64,000 nucleotides of DNA from positions 24,058,001 through 24,122,000 of the forward strand of contig NC_045697.1 of NCBI RefSeq assembly GCF_009834535.1. The letters are read 5' to 3'. The DNA comes from Camelus ferus (taxonomy: Eukaryota). Under the pieces are notes generated by a model. That model did no database searches. It was not told where the DNA came from and saw only the letters and a list, made by a program, of their open reading frames with translations. Both the position numbers and the translations under genes were made by a program. Below, piece by piece: positions 1 to 11,960 of the stretch; position 1 is the stretch's first letter; the number at the start of each line of letters is the position of its first letter.

Positions 1-699
1 CTAACCATGTTCTTTCTTAGAGATATAAAATTGTGTATTCAGGGAATCACTCATTTTCCTCTGCCTAAGTGCTTTGAGTCAAAGATCAAGAGTATACTAC
101 ATTAATTCAGTAAGCCTTTATTGAGTGCTTCCTTTATGTCAAGCAAACCATAGCTTGGTGCTGTTGATGCAAGCCAGTCAATGTTTTCTTTGGAAGATTT
201 TTTTGTTCTGTTTTCTAGGCACAAACACGGAAACCCCATTGCTCTGTATGGTCCTTTTCTACGTTTTAAGGAAAAGATTAACAGAGCTAATCATATCTTA
301 AGATTGTGAGAGAGATCGCATGCTTCTCATAAACAACTCACATGTGCATTTTAATAGTGACTTTTGGGTGATAATGGTGCCATCTTTTATTATTCATGGA
401 ACATGGAGTAAGACTGTCAAACTGTGAGAAAAGTCAATTTCAAGAAGATACTAGACCATAAGTATATGTGAGGAGGGAAGAATTTGTGGATTTCTTCTAA
501 TAAGCATATAGTGTCAGTCCCAAATTCATGGATTGCTCATCTTTCATTTCAGGCAGCCATTTTCTTGATCAGAAAGTCTAACAGGACAGTTTTTCCAAGG
601 TTAGACCCTTATTTTATATTAGTTGAAGAAGTTTAGGAAAATTCTGAAAGACTCCATAAGTGTAATATATCTAAAACTGATCTCATTGCTATATTCCCT

Positions 700-1740
700 A
701 TGACACAAACAGACACACATATTCAAAACTAAAAATTGAAAAAAATACAACATCTAAACTCATTTATTTCTGGTGTTGGTTAATGCCTTCAACTCAGTTT
801 TGCAATTTAGAATCTATGGAGTAACACTTCCTTGTAACTGAAATCCATCTCTACCAAAATTTTCAGGCAATTAATTATACCTCAAAATTATTTCTGAAAT
901 CTGACTTCTCCTTTCTATTCCCATCAGAATGGAAGTGAGTTTAGGTTAGTACTTAATTTTTTACCCTACACTCAGGCATTCTTCTCAATCTCTTTTTAGT
1001 CTAATTCATATTCCACATTGTCTGTGTAATTAATCTTCATAAAACTCTGCTGGTAGCCCCATTTCCTTGGTAATTATATTAGTTTACTAGGGCTGCCATA
1101 ACAGAATTACCACAGCTGGGTAGATGAAACCACAGAAATTCATTTTCTCTTGGTTCCAGAGGGTAGAAGTCCAAGATCAAATTGTCAGCAGGCTTATTTT
1201 TTCCCTAAGGCACTCTAGTTAGTTTAAAGATGGCTGACTTCTAAATGTGTCCTCACATGATCATCCCTTGATCTGTGTGTTGTCTATGTCCTAATCTCCT
1301 CTATTTATAACGACATCAGTCATATTGGATTACAGCCCACCTGAATGACTTTGTTTCACCTTATTACCTCTTTAAAGTCTCTATCTCCAAATAAGGTCAC
1401 ATTGTGAGCTACTGTGTGAATCAGGACTTCAACATAGGAATTTGGAAGAGATATGATTCAGCTGATAACAATGGCAGATCTTTTCCCATGTACATGAGAG
1501 CTTTCCAGTCTGCTCCTAATATATCTCTTTTTTCTTTGTCTTTGACTATCCACGCTACTCCATTTATCTACATCTGTTCAAAGTGAAATCCTTTCTGCCT
1601 GGACTACCCTTATCACATCTCCACCTGAAAAACATCTACTCTTTCTTTAAATACTTTTTCAGTATTTCTCAATGTTTCTGAAATATTAACACCCAAGTAA
1701 TAACATAATCCTTTTTAGTAATGCATTTATTTATGTGAAG
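700..1740 (+). mobile_element. Highly decayed L2 LINE fragments, interrupted by a MaLR LTR
   Basis: L2-like motifs (ctaaaactgatctcatt, tctaattcatattccacattg, cctttctgcctggactacccttat...catctactctttctttaa) on both sides of the LTR; boundaries approximate. Confidence 0.45.
1075..1470 (-). mobile_element. MaLR solo LTR, MLT1A/B-like
   Basis: Begins tatattagtttactagggctgccataacagaattaccacag, includes agaagtccaagatcaa, tgtgtcctcacatg and catattggatta, ends attcagctgataaca; reverse complement of an MLT1-type LTR. Confidence 0.85.
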
Positions 1741-2049
1741 AATTAAGTGTGAAGTCAAAGGTCATTAAAGTGTTCAAAGCTGGTCTCATTTCTGTATTCA
1801 TTTTATATCCCTTTTTTTCTACTGCTCTATTGTCCCACTTTTGTTTTATGCTATTCTGTTATAAGTATCCTTCTAAATTGAATTAGATACTCATTTGAAC
1901 AAGATGGGATATAAAGATATTGCTACATATTAAGTACCTATTCAAACATTATGTTTATTGCTGCAAATGTAATGATGAATAGGCTGATCCCTACTCTCAA
2001 GGAGTTTATACTTGCAATAAAACAATTGTACATACCTTTATTATAGAAT

Positions 2050-3150
2050 CTGCCATGTTGCATTTTAATTAGCTATACACATTAATGTCTCTTTGGCTAG
2101 ACAATAATCGCGAATATCAGGAACCTTTATTATCCATCTGTTCCTCCGCAGGGCCTAGCAGAATGCCTAGAATAATAAATATTTGTTTAAAAAAGCAAAG
2201 AAAATGTGGTGAAAATAAGATATAATCACTTCTTCCTCAAAAATTCCAGCCAAATAGTTGACATATTTAAGTAATGACTTCTGTGAATCAGAATAAGAGC
2301 ATTTAATTAATCTAGCGTATTTTTAAAGTATAGACTCTCAGCTCCTCTGATCAGTAGCTATTTATGTCTGATAGCAAGCTCTACTTTTTTAAAGTATTGA
2401 AATCTTTCCTTCACCTCTGTGAAGTTTAAAGAAAAGGAAGCTTTCAGATGTAAGCCATTCTACCACAGGTAGTCTCATTCAAAAGGTCACTCTACCCCTT
2501 GTATACAATAAGTAATTGGATGAAGCATTTCAGTGAATGGTCAGTACTTAGTCACTGTCATTTGGTCTCACAATATGTCAGTTTATCTTGCTCATTCAAT
2601 TTCACTTTGACAAGAGATGGTATGATTATCCAAGAGCATGCCTTCTGTCATATTTCAGTAATGTTATAGCCAACAGGGATGATGGATCGTTTCCTGGTAA
2701 TATTCTTACACATTGTCAGTCCTCTGTGTACTAATTTAGTCTCTTCTTCTCTTCTAACTCTATATACTCTCCCTGGAATGCTCTCATCTACTCTCCTGAT
2801 TACCACCCCCCCACACAAAATAAATCTCTAAGACCATTCACTTCAGATTCTAACTTATAGAGTCAACTTTTTATTGTACATTTCTCATTGGATGTACAGC
2901 AGGTAAATATCAATGTCTCTAACATCAAGATCATCTTATTTGATTAAAGTAATCTACCTATATTTCTTGTCACTTGTTTCAACAAATGTTACCATTGTAT
3001 TCTGAAACTTGAACCTTGAGAGTCACTATTTATTTTCCCTTATTCTTCACCTTCATATAACACATAATCTGTTCTATTACTTATACATCCTCATATCCCT
3101 TGCATTTGACAATTTTACTTTATTCCTGCTTCTGTAACCTGAGTCCATAC
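2050..3150 (+). mobile_element. L2 LINE fragments
   Basis: L2 3'-end motif gggcctagcagaatgcctagaataataaatatttgttt (~2150-2188) and L2-like body (ctatatactctccctgg...ctcatctactctc, tttctcattggatgtac). Confidence 0.45.
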
Positions 3151-3914
3151 ACAATTACAACAAGTTAAATAGCAAAGTAGGTTAGTAATTCTAAACCAAT
3201 TCTAAACTGTCCAGTCAAGAACAGGCTACCAAATTATGCTTTCCAGTTAAAGAGCATAAATGCAAACTCAAGATGAATATTGTCAATTTTAAATCTTTAT
3301 CTCCTTGAAGTAAGATAATATGTTTTAAAATATTTTGATATATATTAAACTATTGGAGGATGATTTTTTTAAGGAAATAAAATGCCTTATCTTTCACAAT
3401 AACTAAATATATATATACACACATATATATAGCTGTGTGCACATATAGATAGGTATATAACTTAAACATATATAGTAATGGTATATATAAAAATATATGT
3501 TTTTGTACATGTTAGTCCATACAATAATCCATCATGAACTAAAGATACACTAATTTAAGAGGTATATCAGCTGAATTGTTTTGGGCTGTCACCAATTAAA
3601 ACACCAACTTGGTTTATATGTCTGCAAAAACTTTAACACACATTTTTTAAAAGCATGCCTGAGGGGCAACCAAGATGGCAGAGTAGAAGGATGCTCATAG
3701 CTCACCCTCTCCCACAAATACACCAACAGTAACATCCATGGACCCACCCATCCACTCAGAACACCTGCTGAACTTTGACAGAACATCACCTTCTTCAAAA
3801 GACAAAATTTGCCACAAATCTGTTTTATTTCTGTCTCTGCTATAAACAAACAAACAAACCCACAGTAGATAACTGATACTCCATAATCCACAGTGTCACA
3901 GAAATCTAAGTAAA

Positions 3915-4833
3915 ATGAAGAAGCAGAGGAACAACTCCCAATTAAAACAGTAAGAGAAATCCCCTGAAAGAATGATCAATGAAATAGACCTAGAAAGTCT
4001 AGTAGATCATGATTTCAAAAAAGGAGTGCTCAAAGAACTGAAGGAACTAAAAGAGATTGTGAATAGAGACAGAGAAAAAATCAAAAAGGAAATTTAAACT
4101 ATAAAGAGGAGCCAATTAAAAATAGAAAACTCATTTGTGGAGATGAGAGCTGAGCTAAAGGCTGTAAAAAACAGGCTAGATAATGCAGAGGAACAAATAA
4201 GTTACTTAGAAGACAGGACAACAGAAATCACCCAATCAGAACACCAGAGAGAAAAGAATAAAAACCAATGAAAACAATATAAGGAACCTATGGGATAATA
4301 TAAAGTGTGCCAACCTATGCATAGTAGGGATCCCAGAAGGAGAAGAAAGAGCAAAGGGGATTGAAAAGATATTTGAAGAAATCATGACTGAAAACTTTGC
4401 AAACCTAAAGAAGAAATCAGGTATACAAGTACAGGAAGCACAGAGGGTCCCAAACAAGAAGAACCCAAACAGACCCCCACCAAGACATATTATAATCAGG
4501 ATGGCCAGGGTTAAAGATAAAGAAAAGATTCTAAAGGCAGCAAGAGAAAAACAAAAAGTTAGTTACAAGGGAACCCCCATAAAGCTTTCAGCTGATTTCT
4601 CTACACAAGTACTGCAGGCCAGAAGGGAGTGGCAATATATATTCAAAGTCCTGAATGAGAAAAATAGATGAAACCTAGGATTCTTTATCCAGCAAGGCTA
4701 TTCTTTAGAATAGAAGGAGAGATTTAAAAAAACAAAACAAAACAAAAAAACACCTTCACAGACAAACAAAAACTAAAAGAATTTAGCAACACTAAATCTA
4801 TGCTAAAAGAAATATTGTAAATTCTACTCTAAG
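3915..4833 (+). pseudogene. L1 ORF1p remnant (stops and frameshifts)
   Basis: ATG at 3915 (MKKQRNNSQLK...); ORF 4384-4671 reads ENFANLKK..IQVQEAQRVPNK.NPNRPPPRHIIIRM..KDKEKILKAAREK...IKLSADFS...ARREW, typical of the ORF1p RRM/CTD. Confidence 0.92.
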
Positions 4834-5224
4834 TAGAAAAGAAGCAGGATGCAACAGAAAGGAGAAAATGATTGGAAAGGCGATAACTACAATGAATTAT
4901 AACAGAATAAACACAAAGTTGTAAAAGGAAACATTGAAATCATTAAGGGTGGGAGAGGGGAACAAGAAAATATAGAGTTTTGTCCTTTTTTGTTGTTGTT
5001 CTCTGTAGAATATATTTGAGCTTATATTTCTATAAGTTTAAAACAAACATACTAATGGGTTGATATATGTACAAAACAGGGTAACCACAAGCCAAAAGCT
5101 TACAGCAGAGTCACAAAAACTAAAAAGAAACCAAGATAATACAAAGGAAAACTGGTCAAACAACAAAAAGAAAAAGAAAGGAACAAAGAGGAAATACTAA
5201 ATCAACTGCAAAACTAAGTTCAAA

Positions 5225-6991
5225 ATGGCAATTAACACACATCTATCAATAATTACTGTAAATGTCAATGGACTAAATGCTCCAATCAAAAGACAAAGTT
5301 GCAGACTGGATAATAAAACAAGAACCTACAATATGCTGCATATGAAAGACCCACTTTAGGGAGAAGGACACACATAGATTGAAAGTGAAAGGATGGAAAA
5401 AAGATACCCCATGCAAGTGGAAATGACAAGAAAGCAGGATTAGGAACACTGATTTCAGACAAAATAGACTTTAAAAGAAAAGCCATAAAGAAAGATAAAA
5501 AAGGACACTATATAATGATTAAAGGAGCAATATAAGATGAGGATATTACATTCATTAACAGATATGCACCCAATGTAGGAGCACCTAAATACATAAAGCA
5601 AATACTAACAGATATAAAGGGAGAAATTGATGGGAACACAATCATAGTAGGAGACTTTAACACCCCATTAACATCACTGGACAGATCTTCCCGGGAGAAC
5701 ATTAATAAGGCAACAGAGAAACTAAATGATACAATAGAACTCTTGCACTTGGTTGATGTTTTCAGAACATTGCATCCCCCTAAGCTGAAGGGATAACCCT
5801 TCCAGACTTCAGACAATACTACAGAGCTACAGTAATCAAAACAGCATGGTATTGGTACAAAAACAGACATATGGATCAATGGAACAGAATAGAGACCCCA
5901 GATATAAACCCACAGACTTTTGGTCATTTAACCTTTGACAAAGGAGACAAGAACATACAATAAAAGAGTCTCTTCAGCAAATGGTGTTGGGAAATCTGGA
6001 CAGCAGCATTTAAATCAATGAAGTTAGACTACTTCCTCACACCATACACAAAAATAAACTCCAAATGGCTTTTAAAGACCTAAAAATGAGACAAGACAGA
6101 ATAAATCTTCTAGAAGAAAGCGTAGGCAAAACATCTCACATACATCTCAGCAATGTTCTAGAGCAGTCTACCAAAGTAATAAAAATAAAAGCAAAAATAA
6201 ACAAATGAGACCTAATTATACTTACAAGCTCTTGCACAGCAAAGGAAACCATAAGCAAAACAAAATAACAACCTATGAAATGGGAGAAAATGTTTGCAAA
6301 AGCTGAGACTGACAAGGGCTTGATTTCTAGAATATATAAACAGCTCATACAACTTAATAATAAAAAAAAAAAATCCAAAAATGGGCAGAAGACCTAAACA
6401 AGCAATTCTCCAATGAAGACATACAAATGGCCAACAGGCATATGAAGAAACGCTCACTATCACTAATTATAAGAGAAATGGAAATCAAAACTACAAATGA
6501 GGTATCACCTCACACCGGTCAGAATGGCCATCATTCAAAAGTCTACAAATGATAAATGCTGGAGTAGATGTGGAGAAAAGGGAACCCTCTTACCCTATTA
6601 GTGGGAATGCACTTCGGTGCAGCTATTGTGAAAAACAGTATGGAGACTCCTCAGAAAACTAAAAATAGACATATCATATGATCCAGCAATCCCACTCCTG
6701 GGCATATATACAGAAGGAACCTTAATTCAAAAAGACACCTGCACCCCCATATTCATAGCAGCACTATTTACAGTAGCCAAGACATGGAAACAACCTAAAT
6801 GTCCATCAACAGATGACTGGATAAAGAAGATGTGGTATATTTATAGAATGGAATACTAGTTAGCTATAAAAATTGATAAAATATTGCCATTTGCAGCAAC
6901 ATGGATGACCCTGGAGAATGTCATTCTAAGTGATATAAGCCAGAAAGAAAAAGAAAGATACCGTATGATATTACTCATATGTGAAATCTAA
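5225..6991 (+). pseudogene. L1 ORF2p remnant: endonuclease joined directly to the post-RT C-terminal region
   Basis: ATG at 5225, ITVNVNGLNAPIKR, IIVGDFNTPL, FRTLHP; at ~5782 it jumps to [22 protein letters not shown]; ends ...LICEI* at 6991; no RT motifs in between. Confidence 0.92.
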
Positions 6992-9900
6992 AAAAAAAAA
7001 AAAAAAGCCAAATGAACTTATATATAAAACAGAAATAAACTCACAGACATAGAAAACAAACTTACAGTTACCAGGCAAGGGGTTAGGAAGGGATAAATTG
7101 GAAATCGAGATTTGAAGATACTGACTGGTATGTATAAAATAGATAAACAGGTTTATACTGTATAGCACAGGGAACTATATTTGATATCTTGCAATAGCTT
7201 ATGGTGAAAAAGAATATGAAAACGAATAAATGTATATTCACATATGACTGAAGCATCATGCTGTACACCAGAAATTGACACAACAATGTAAACTGACTAC
7301 ACCTCAAAACAATAATGATAGCACAAAAAAAGCATACCTTAAAGAGGAATTCACAATGGTAATTACAATTTATTTATACATGAAAAAAGGAAATAATGTA
7401 TTACAAGTTGCCAGTAGCATTGCATGAAGATCCAAAACATACAAGTTTTATGAACTGGTTTGGTCCACTTCAACAAATTTCTGTACCTCCACTTAAAAAT
7501 TCTGCAGCGTATCTTTGAACATGACTTTCACAGTGATATGATTTTGTTCTTCAATGAACATTATACATTGTTTAATTTAAAAGATAAAGGCAAGGCATTA
7601 TTCTATAAAAGACAAAGTGAAGGGATTTCAATGCAAATGTCAAGTAGCCTGTGTCTAGGATATGAAGAGCTTGTAGTTTGAGATTTTCTTTTTTTTCCCA
7701 TGGATCCATTAATTAAAGATAATGTTTCATCTGTTATCAGAGTCACATCTGACTTTTTGAACAGTTCCATCAGTGGCACCTATAAGCCATACTTAACATT
7801 AAATAGAAAGATAGGATCATTGATTACAAGGTCTTGGAAAGAAGCCAATCTGCAAACCCAGAGGTGATTTGACAAACACAGCTGTAACAGGCTGGACCCA
7901 TGCCAGAGTTAGATAAGAGTAGAACCGTTGGGAAAATGCTGTGAGTTGAAGTGGGCAGGCTTATCAGGAAGCATTAGCATTTGCCCTCTTGTTTTAGGCA
8001 AATTTCATAATTCCCAGGTAACAGACAAAATTTTCATCCATCTGGAGTTTCCTTCAGATGGCGTTAACAAACCGGATGTTTCCAATATTCAGATGTCTGT
8101 TGCAGATGTAGAAAATGTAGGACATTTAGCCAGAATTTCACTTTCGGAAGTTTTAGAGAAAATACCCATGCAATGTTGTGTCCTCAACAGAGAGCTACCG
8201 TTTTAAAAATATATACTGTTATTGTTCCTGCCATGTTTTACTAGAAACACCAATATTCAAAATAGCAACACATATTATGATATAAAAGAGAAATTAATAT
8301 TTGAAATAAGCATTAAAAATTTCAACCTAAAATGTTAGTGCTGTAATACATTAACTTGTTGTTTTTATTATTCTTGTTAATACCATGCACATTTATATTG
8401 GTCTCTGCTCTCCCTTTTAGAGCAGCAAAGGTGTTTTGCCACAGCACTCATTTCCATGAAAAGGCTATCTCTTTTTGAGAGAGTGGGTACCCTAAACATA
8501 CAGTTAACCACTTTAATCTCCCTGGCTCATTTAATCTTCTCTCTTCTTTTCTCTCTCTGTCCTCTCTCCCTCAGCCCAAATTCAGTGAAATTAAATAACT
8601 TGTACAAGACCACATCATTACTCAATGGGAAAGTAAAGATCAAAACCCAGAGACTTCAAATTATTGAGTGGGTTTTGACATTTTCTCCCTTAAGCATGCA
8701 ATTCCAAATCTTCTCACTTCCCTTATGTACCTGTCACATAGTTTGAATGGGACTGATGAATACAAGCTCCAGGAGTGAGCTCTTATAGCTTAGAGTTACG
8801 AGGCGCTGAGTCTGGAAAAGTTGACAGAAGTCTACATATTTCCTGCAATGGAAACTGGGCTTGCTTTTTTCCAGTGGGTGTGTGGGGGTGGGGGGACACT
8901 TTCTAAAACATTTTAACCAGTGGAAGACCATGGTTAGGCTCTTTCTTCAGTGCAAGAATTTGATAGTGCCATGTAGGATGGATATGAAGGTAATCAGACT
9001 GAAAGCTGGAGTACTAGGACATAGCTGCAGTACAAATTCAGTCCAAAGAAGATGCCGGTTTAATAAAACCTAAGAAATGAAGGAAATTGAGGATGAAAAA
9101 CAATAGACATGGTGATGGGATGCAGAAACTTTGAAATCAATAATATTGAGTATTGATAATCAATAGTTATCTTGCAGTTATATTTATGACCTCAAATCTT
9201 CCAACTCATTTATTCTCTTCCTCTGGTCTAAAACAACTCCTCATAGGCTCTGGAGGATGTTTTTGAATGGTATTCAAAATGTTGCTAGCATGGAGAAGAA
9301 TATCAAAGTTCAAAATAAACTGGTATGTGTTTCTTGATTCAGTCTTTAGCAACATTTGATTTATAGATGATCTCCCTACCTTAATTCAAGGGAAGCGATC
9401 GAACTTTCTGCGTCAAACAGAATCAGGTGTATGTTCATAGCGCCTGTTACATCTGACAAGTAAAGAGATGATGTTTTCAGAGTGAGGGGAGGGAAGTACA
9501 GGGGCATTGAATCCTAGGATGACCTTTGAAGCCCAGCTAAACAATATCATATAACTTATTTTTTGTATCTGATAAAGTAGAGAGATCTGCTGGAGTGACT
9601 TTGCATTATATTATAATTTATAGCTTCTCTTATAGAAGTCATTGTTTATCAGCACCCTTTGTTTTCTTCCAAGACAATTACCTATTCACTCCTCTTTTTC
9701 CCTAACATCTAGACTGCTTGATCCCACTGTACATCAGTTTGTCCTTTAAGACCAATCAGAAACTTAGTCTTCAAAATAACTGTGACTTTCATCCTTTAAA
9801 AAATCCTAATGAACTTAAACTGTCATCATAGATACATTAATTGTAACATTCTTGCCTATAGTAACTTGTCCACTTTTGAATAGTGTTAGAAAATTTTTAT

Positions 9901-10261
9901 GTGACTTGGAATAAGGCAAAAGATGTTACTTGGTATTTTGTCACTGTAGTCCTGGATTTAACTTTCTCTTGTCTAGGCTATTTTATAACTCTATGGAGTG
10001 TAGATTTTTGGCTAGTACAGATACAAAGAATTCTGGTTCAGTAAAACAGACAACCTCAAAGGTTAATATTTTCTTACCCTGTTGGATAGTAACCAGTGTT
10101 GGACAGTAACTTACTTAAAAAGAATACCCTAGCTTCTTGAATTGATTTAAGCTCTTTCTAAAACCCTTCATTAATTAAATAGTTGAATAAAACATTATAA
10201 CTTGTGTTCATATTATAGCTGCATGACCGTCATGATTGTACCTTTTGAAATTACATTTTAA

Positions 10262-10584
10262 AAAGACAAACAAACTTATTTACAAAACAGAAACAGACTC
10301 ACAGACATGGAAAACAAACTTATGTTTACCAGAGAGGGAAGAAGGGGGAAAGGATAAATTGGGAGTTTGAGATTTGCAGATACTAACTACTACATATAAA
10401 ATAGATAAACAACAAGTTTATATTGTATAGCACAGGGAACTATACTCAGTATCTTGTAGTAACTTATGGTGAGGAAGAGTATGAAAATGAATATATATAT
10501 GTTCATGTATGATTGAGGTGTTGTGCTGTACACCAGAAATTGACACAACATTGTAAACTGACTATACTTCAATAAAATATATAT
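10262..10584 (+). mobile_element. 5'-truncated L1 (3' UTR only)
   Basis: Closely matches the 3' UTR at 7010-7310; perfect 13-bp TSD aattacattttaa (10249-10261 / 10585-10597). Confidence 0.93.
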
Positions 10585-11399
10585 AATTACATTTTAACAA
10601 TATTAATAATTAATCTATAAACTCTATGAGAGCAAATACTGTGAAGTAGTTGTCTCCTCAAATATCTTCAGTATTTAACACATGGATGCATAGTAATTAG
10701 GTGATCTATGTGTCTTTAATTAGTAAATGAATAAATACATTAAATGTAATGTAAAATTAGAGACCTATAGTTATCAGTGTGTTATAGACTGTGCCAAATA
10801 CTGTGCTCAATTCTAGGCATAACAGCACTCACTTTATGATGTATGAAGCTTCCAGAATTCATGTTAATATCAAGAACTCAAGCTGCTTAATCATAATATG
10901 AAACATGTATAGTAAGAACATAACTGCTGAGGTGTGGGTCTATCTATGAATATAAAGAGGTACAAAAAGTTCTATCTGTATTCAAACATTGAGAATCATC
11001 TGTGGAAGAGTGAATGTTAAGTCACTTAATAAAGGAAAGATTCTGTTCTATTAAAATGCTTTGATGATATAAATATTGTGAGTATATGTATGTTTATTGT
11101 ACATAACTTTATGTGACATAGTGACGTTTAGCTGTAGCAAACTAGTAATACTAACTAGTAAAGTGAGTACAAATTTAATGATTAACCTATGCAAAAGAGA
11201 AGAAACTTGGGGGTACTCACCTACATTCGAAATTCATAGAAGAGGAAATACATATGCCCAATAAACATACGAAGCTAGATACTGAACATTGTTTGTGAGT
11301 AGGAAAATGACACTGAAGACCAGTCTAAGGTTCAACTTATATTCATTTGATTGGCAATAAATAAATACATATATGCATAAATAAATAAAATATAAATAA

Positions 11400-11960
11400 A
11401 ATCTGGTAATAATAAGTGATAGGTAATAGGTATAATAACTGATAGGTATGAGATAGGTATTCACAAGATAGGTTGGAGTAATTGCAACGATCACTTTAGA
11501 AAACTGTTTGACATTACCTGCTGAAGTTGATCATTCATAAACCTTATGATCCAGTGCTTCAATTCCAAGCAGCATAGAAAAAGAAAAGCTCTTGCACATG
11601 TTTGATAGGAGACATGTAAAAGGTGTTTCCAGGCAGCACTATTAATGATAGAAAAATCCTAGAATACACCAAATGTACACCCATGGAAGAGTGGATACGT
11701 GGACTGTGGTGTAATCACACATGGTATAGTATGTAAAATAGACAACATAAGTGATCTACAGTAGCATGCAACAATACGGAGGGCTCTTAACAGTACAAAA
11801 ATAGATTTTAAAATAATTTTTTAAAATTATGAACCATTTACTCTAAATTTTATGTATTTTTTCAAAATATAGATGTAGTAAATCTATTAAAAAAGGAAAG
11901 CAAGACAATGGGATGGGGAGAGCATACATTCAGGCAGATTTTTGTAGGAGTGCTGGTTTC
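11400..11960 (+). mobile_element. Ancient L1M (L1MC/ME-like) 3' fragment
   Basis: cactttagaaaactgtttgacattacctgctgaagttga...ccttatgatccag...gcagcactattaatgatag resembles the degenerate ORF2 end and 3' UTR of old L1M. Confidence 0.65.

Larger units (their letters stand above)
3661..7327 (+). mobile_element. L1 LINE retaining 5' and 3' ends but internally deleted (3.67 kb)
   Basis: 5' end gaggggcaaccaagatggca (YY1-like CAAGATGGC); ORF1 and ORF2 remnants; 3' UTR; TSD aaaagcatgcct (3649-3660) / aaaagcatacct (7328-7339); TTTT/AA endonuclease site at the left TSD. Confidence 0.95.

Noticed and set aside
3915..6991. Active or domesticated L1 ORFs
   Set aside because: Multiple stops and frameshifts in both ORFs, and RT is missing
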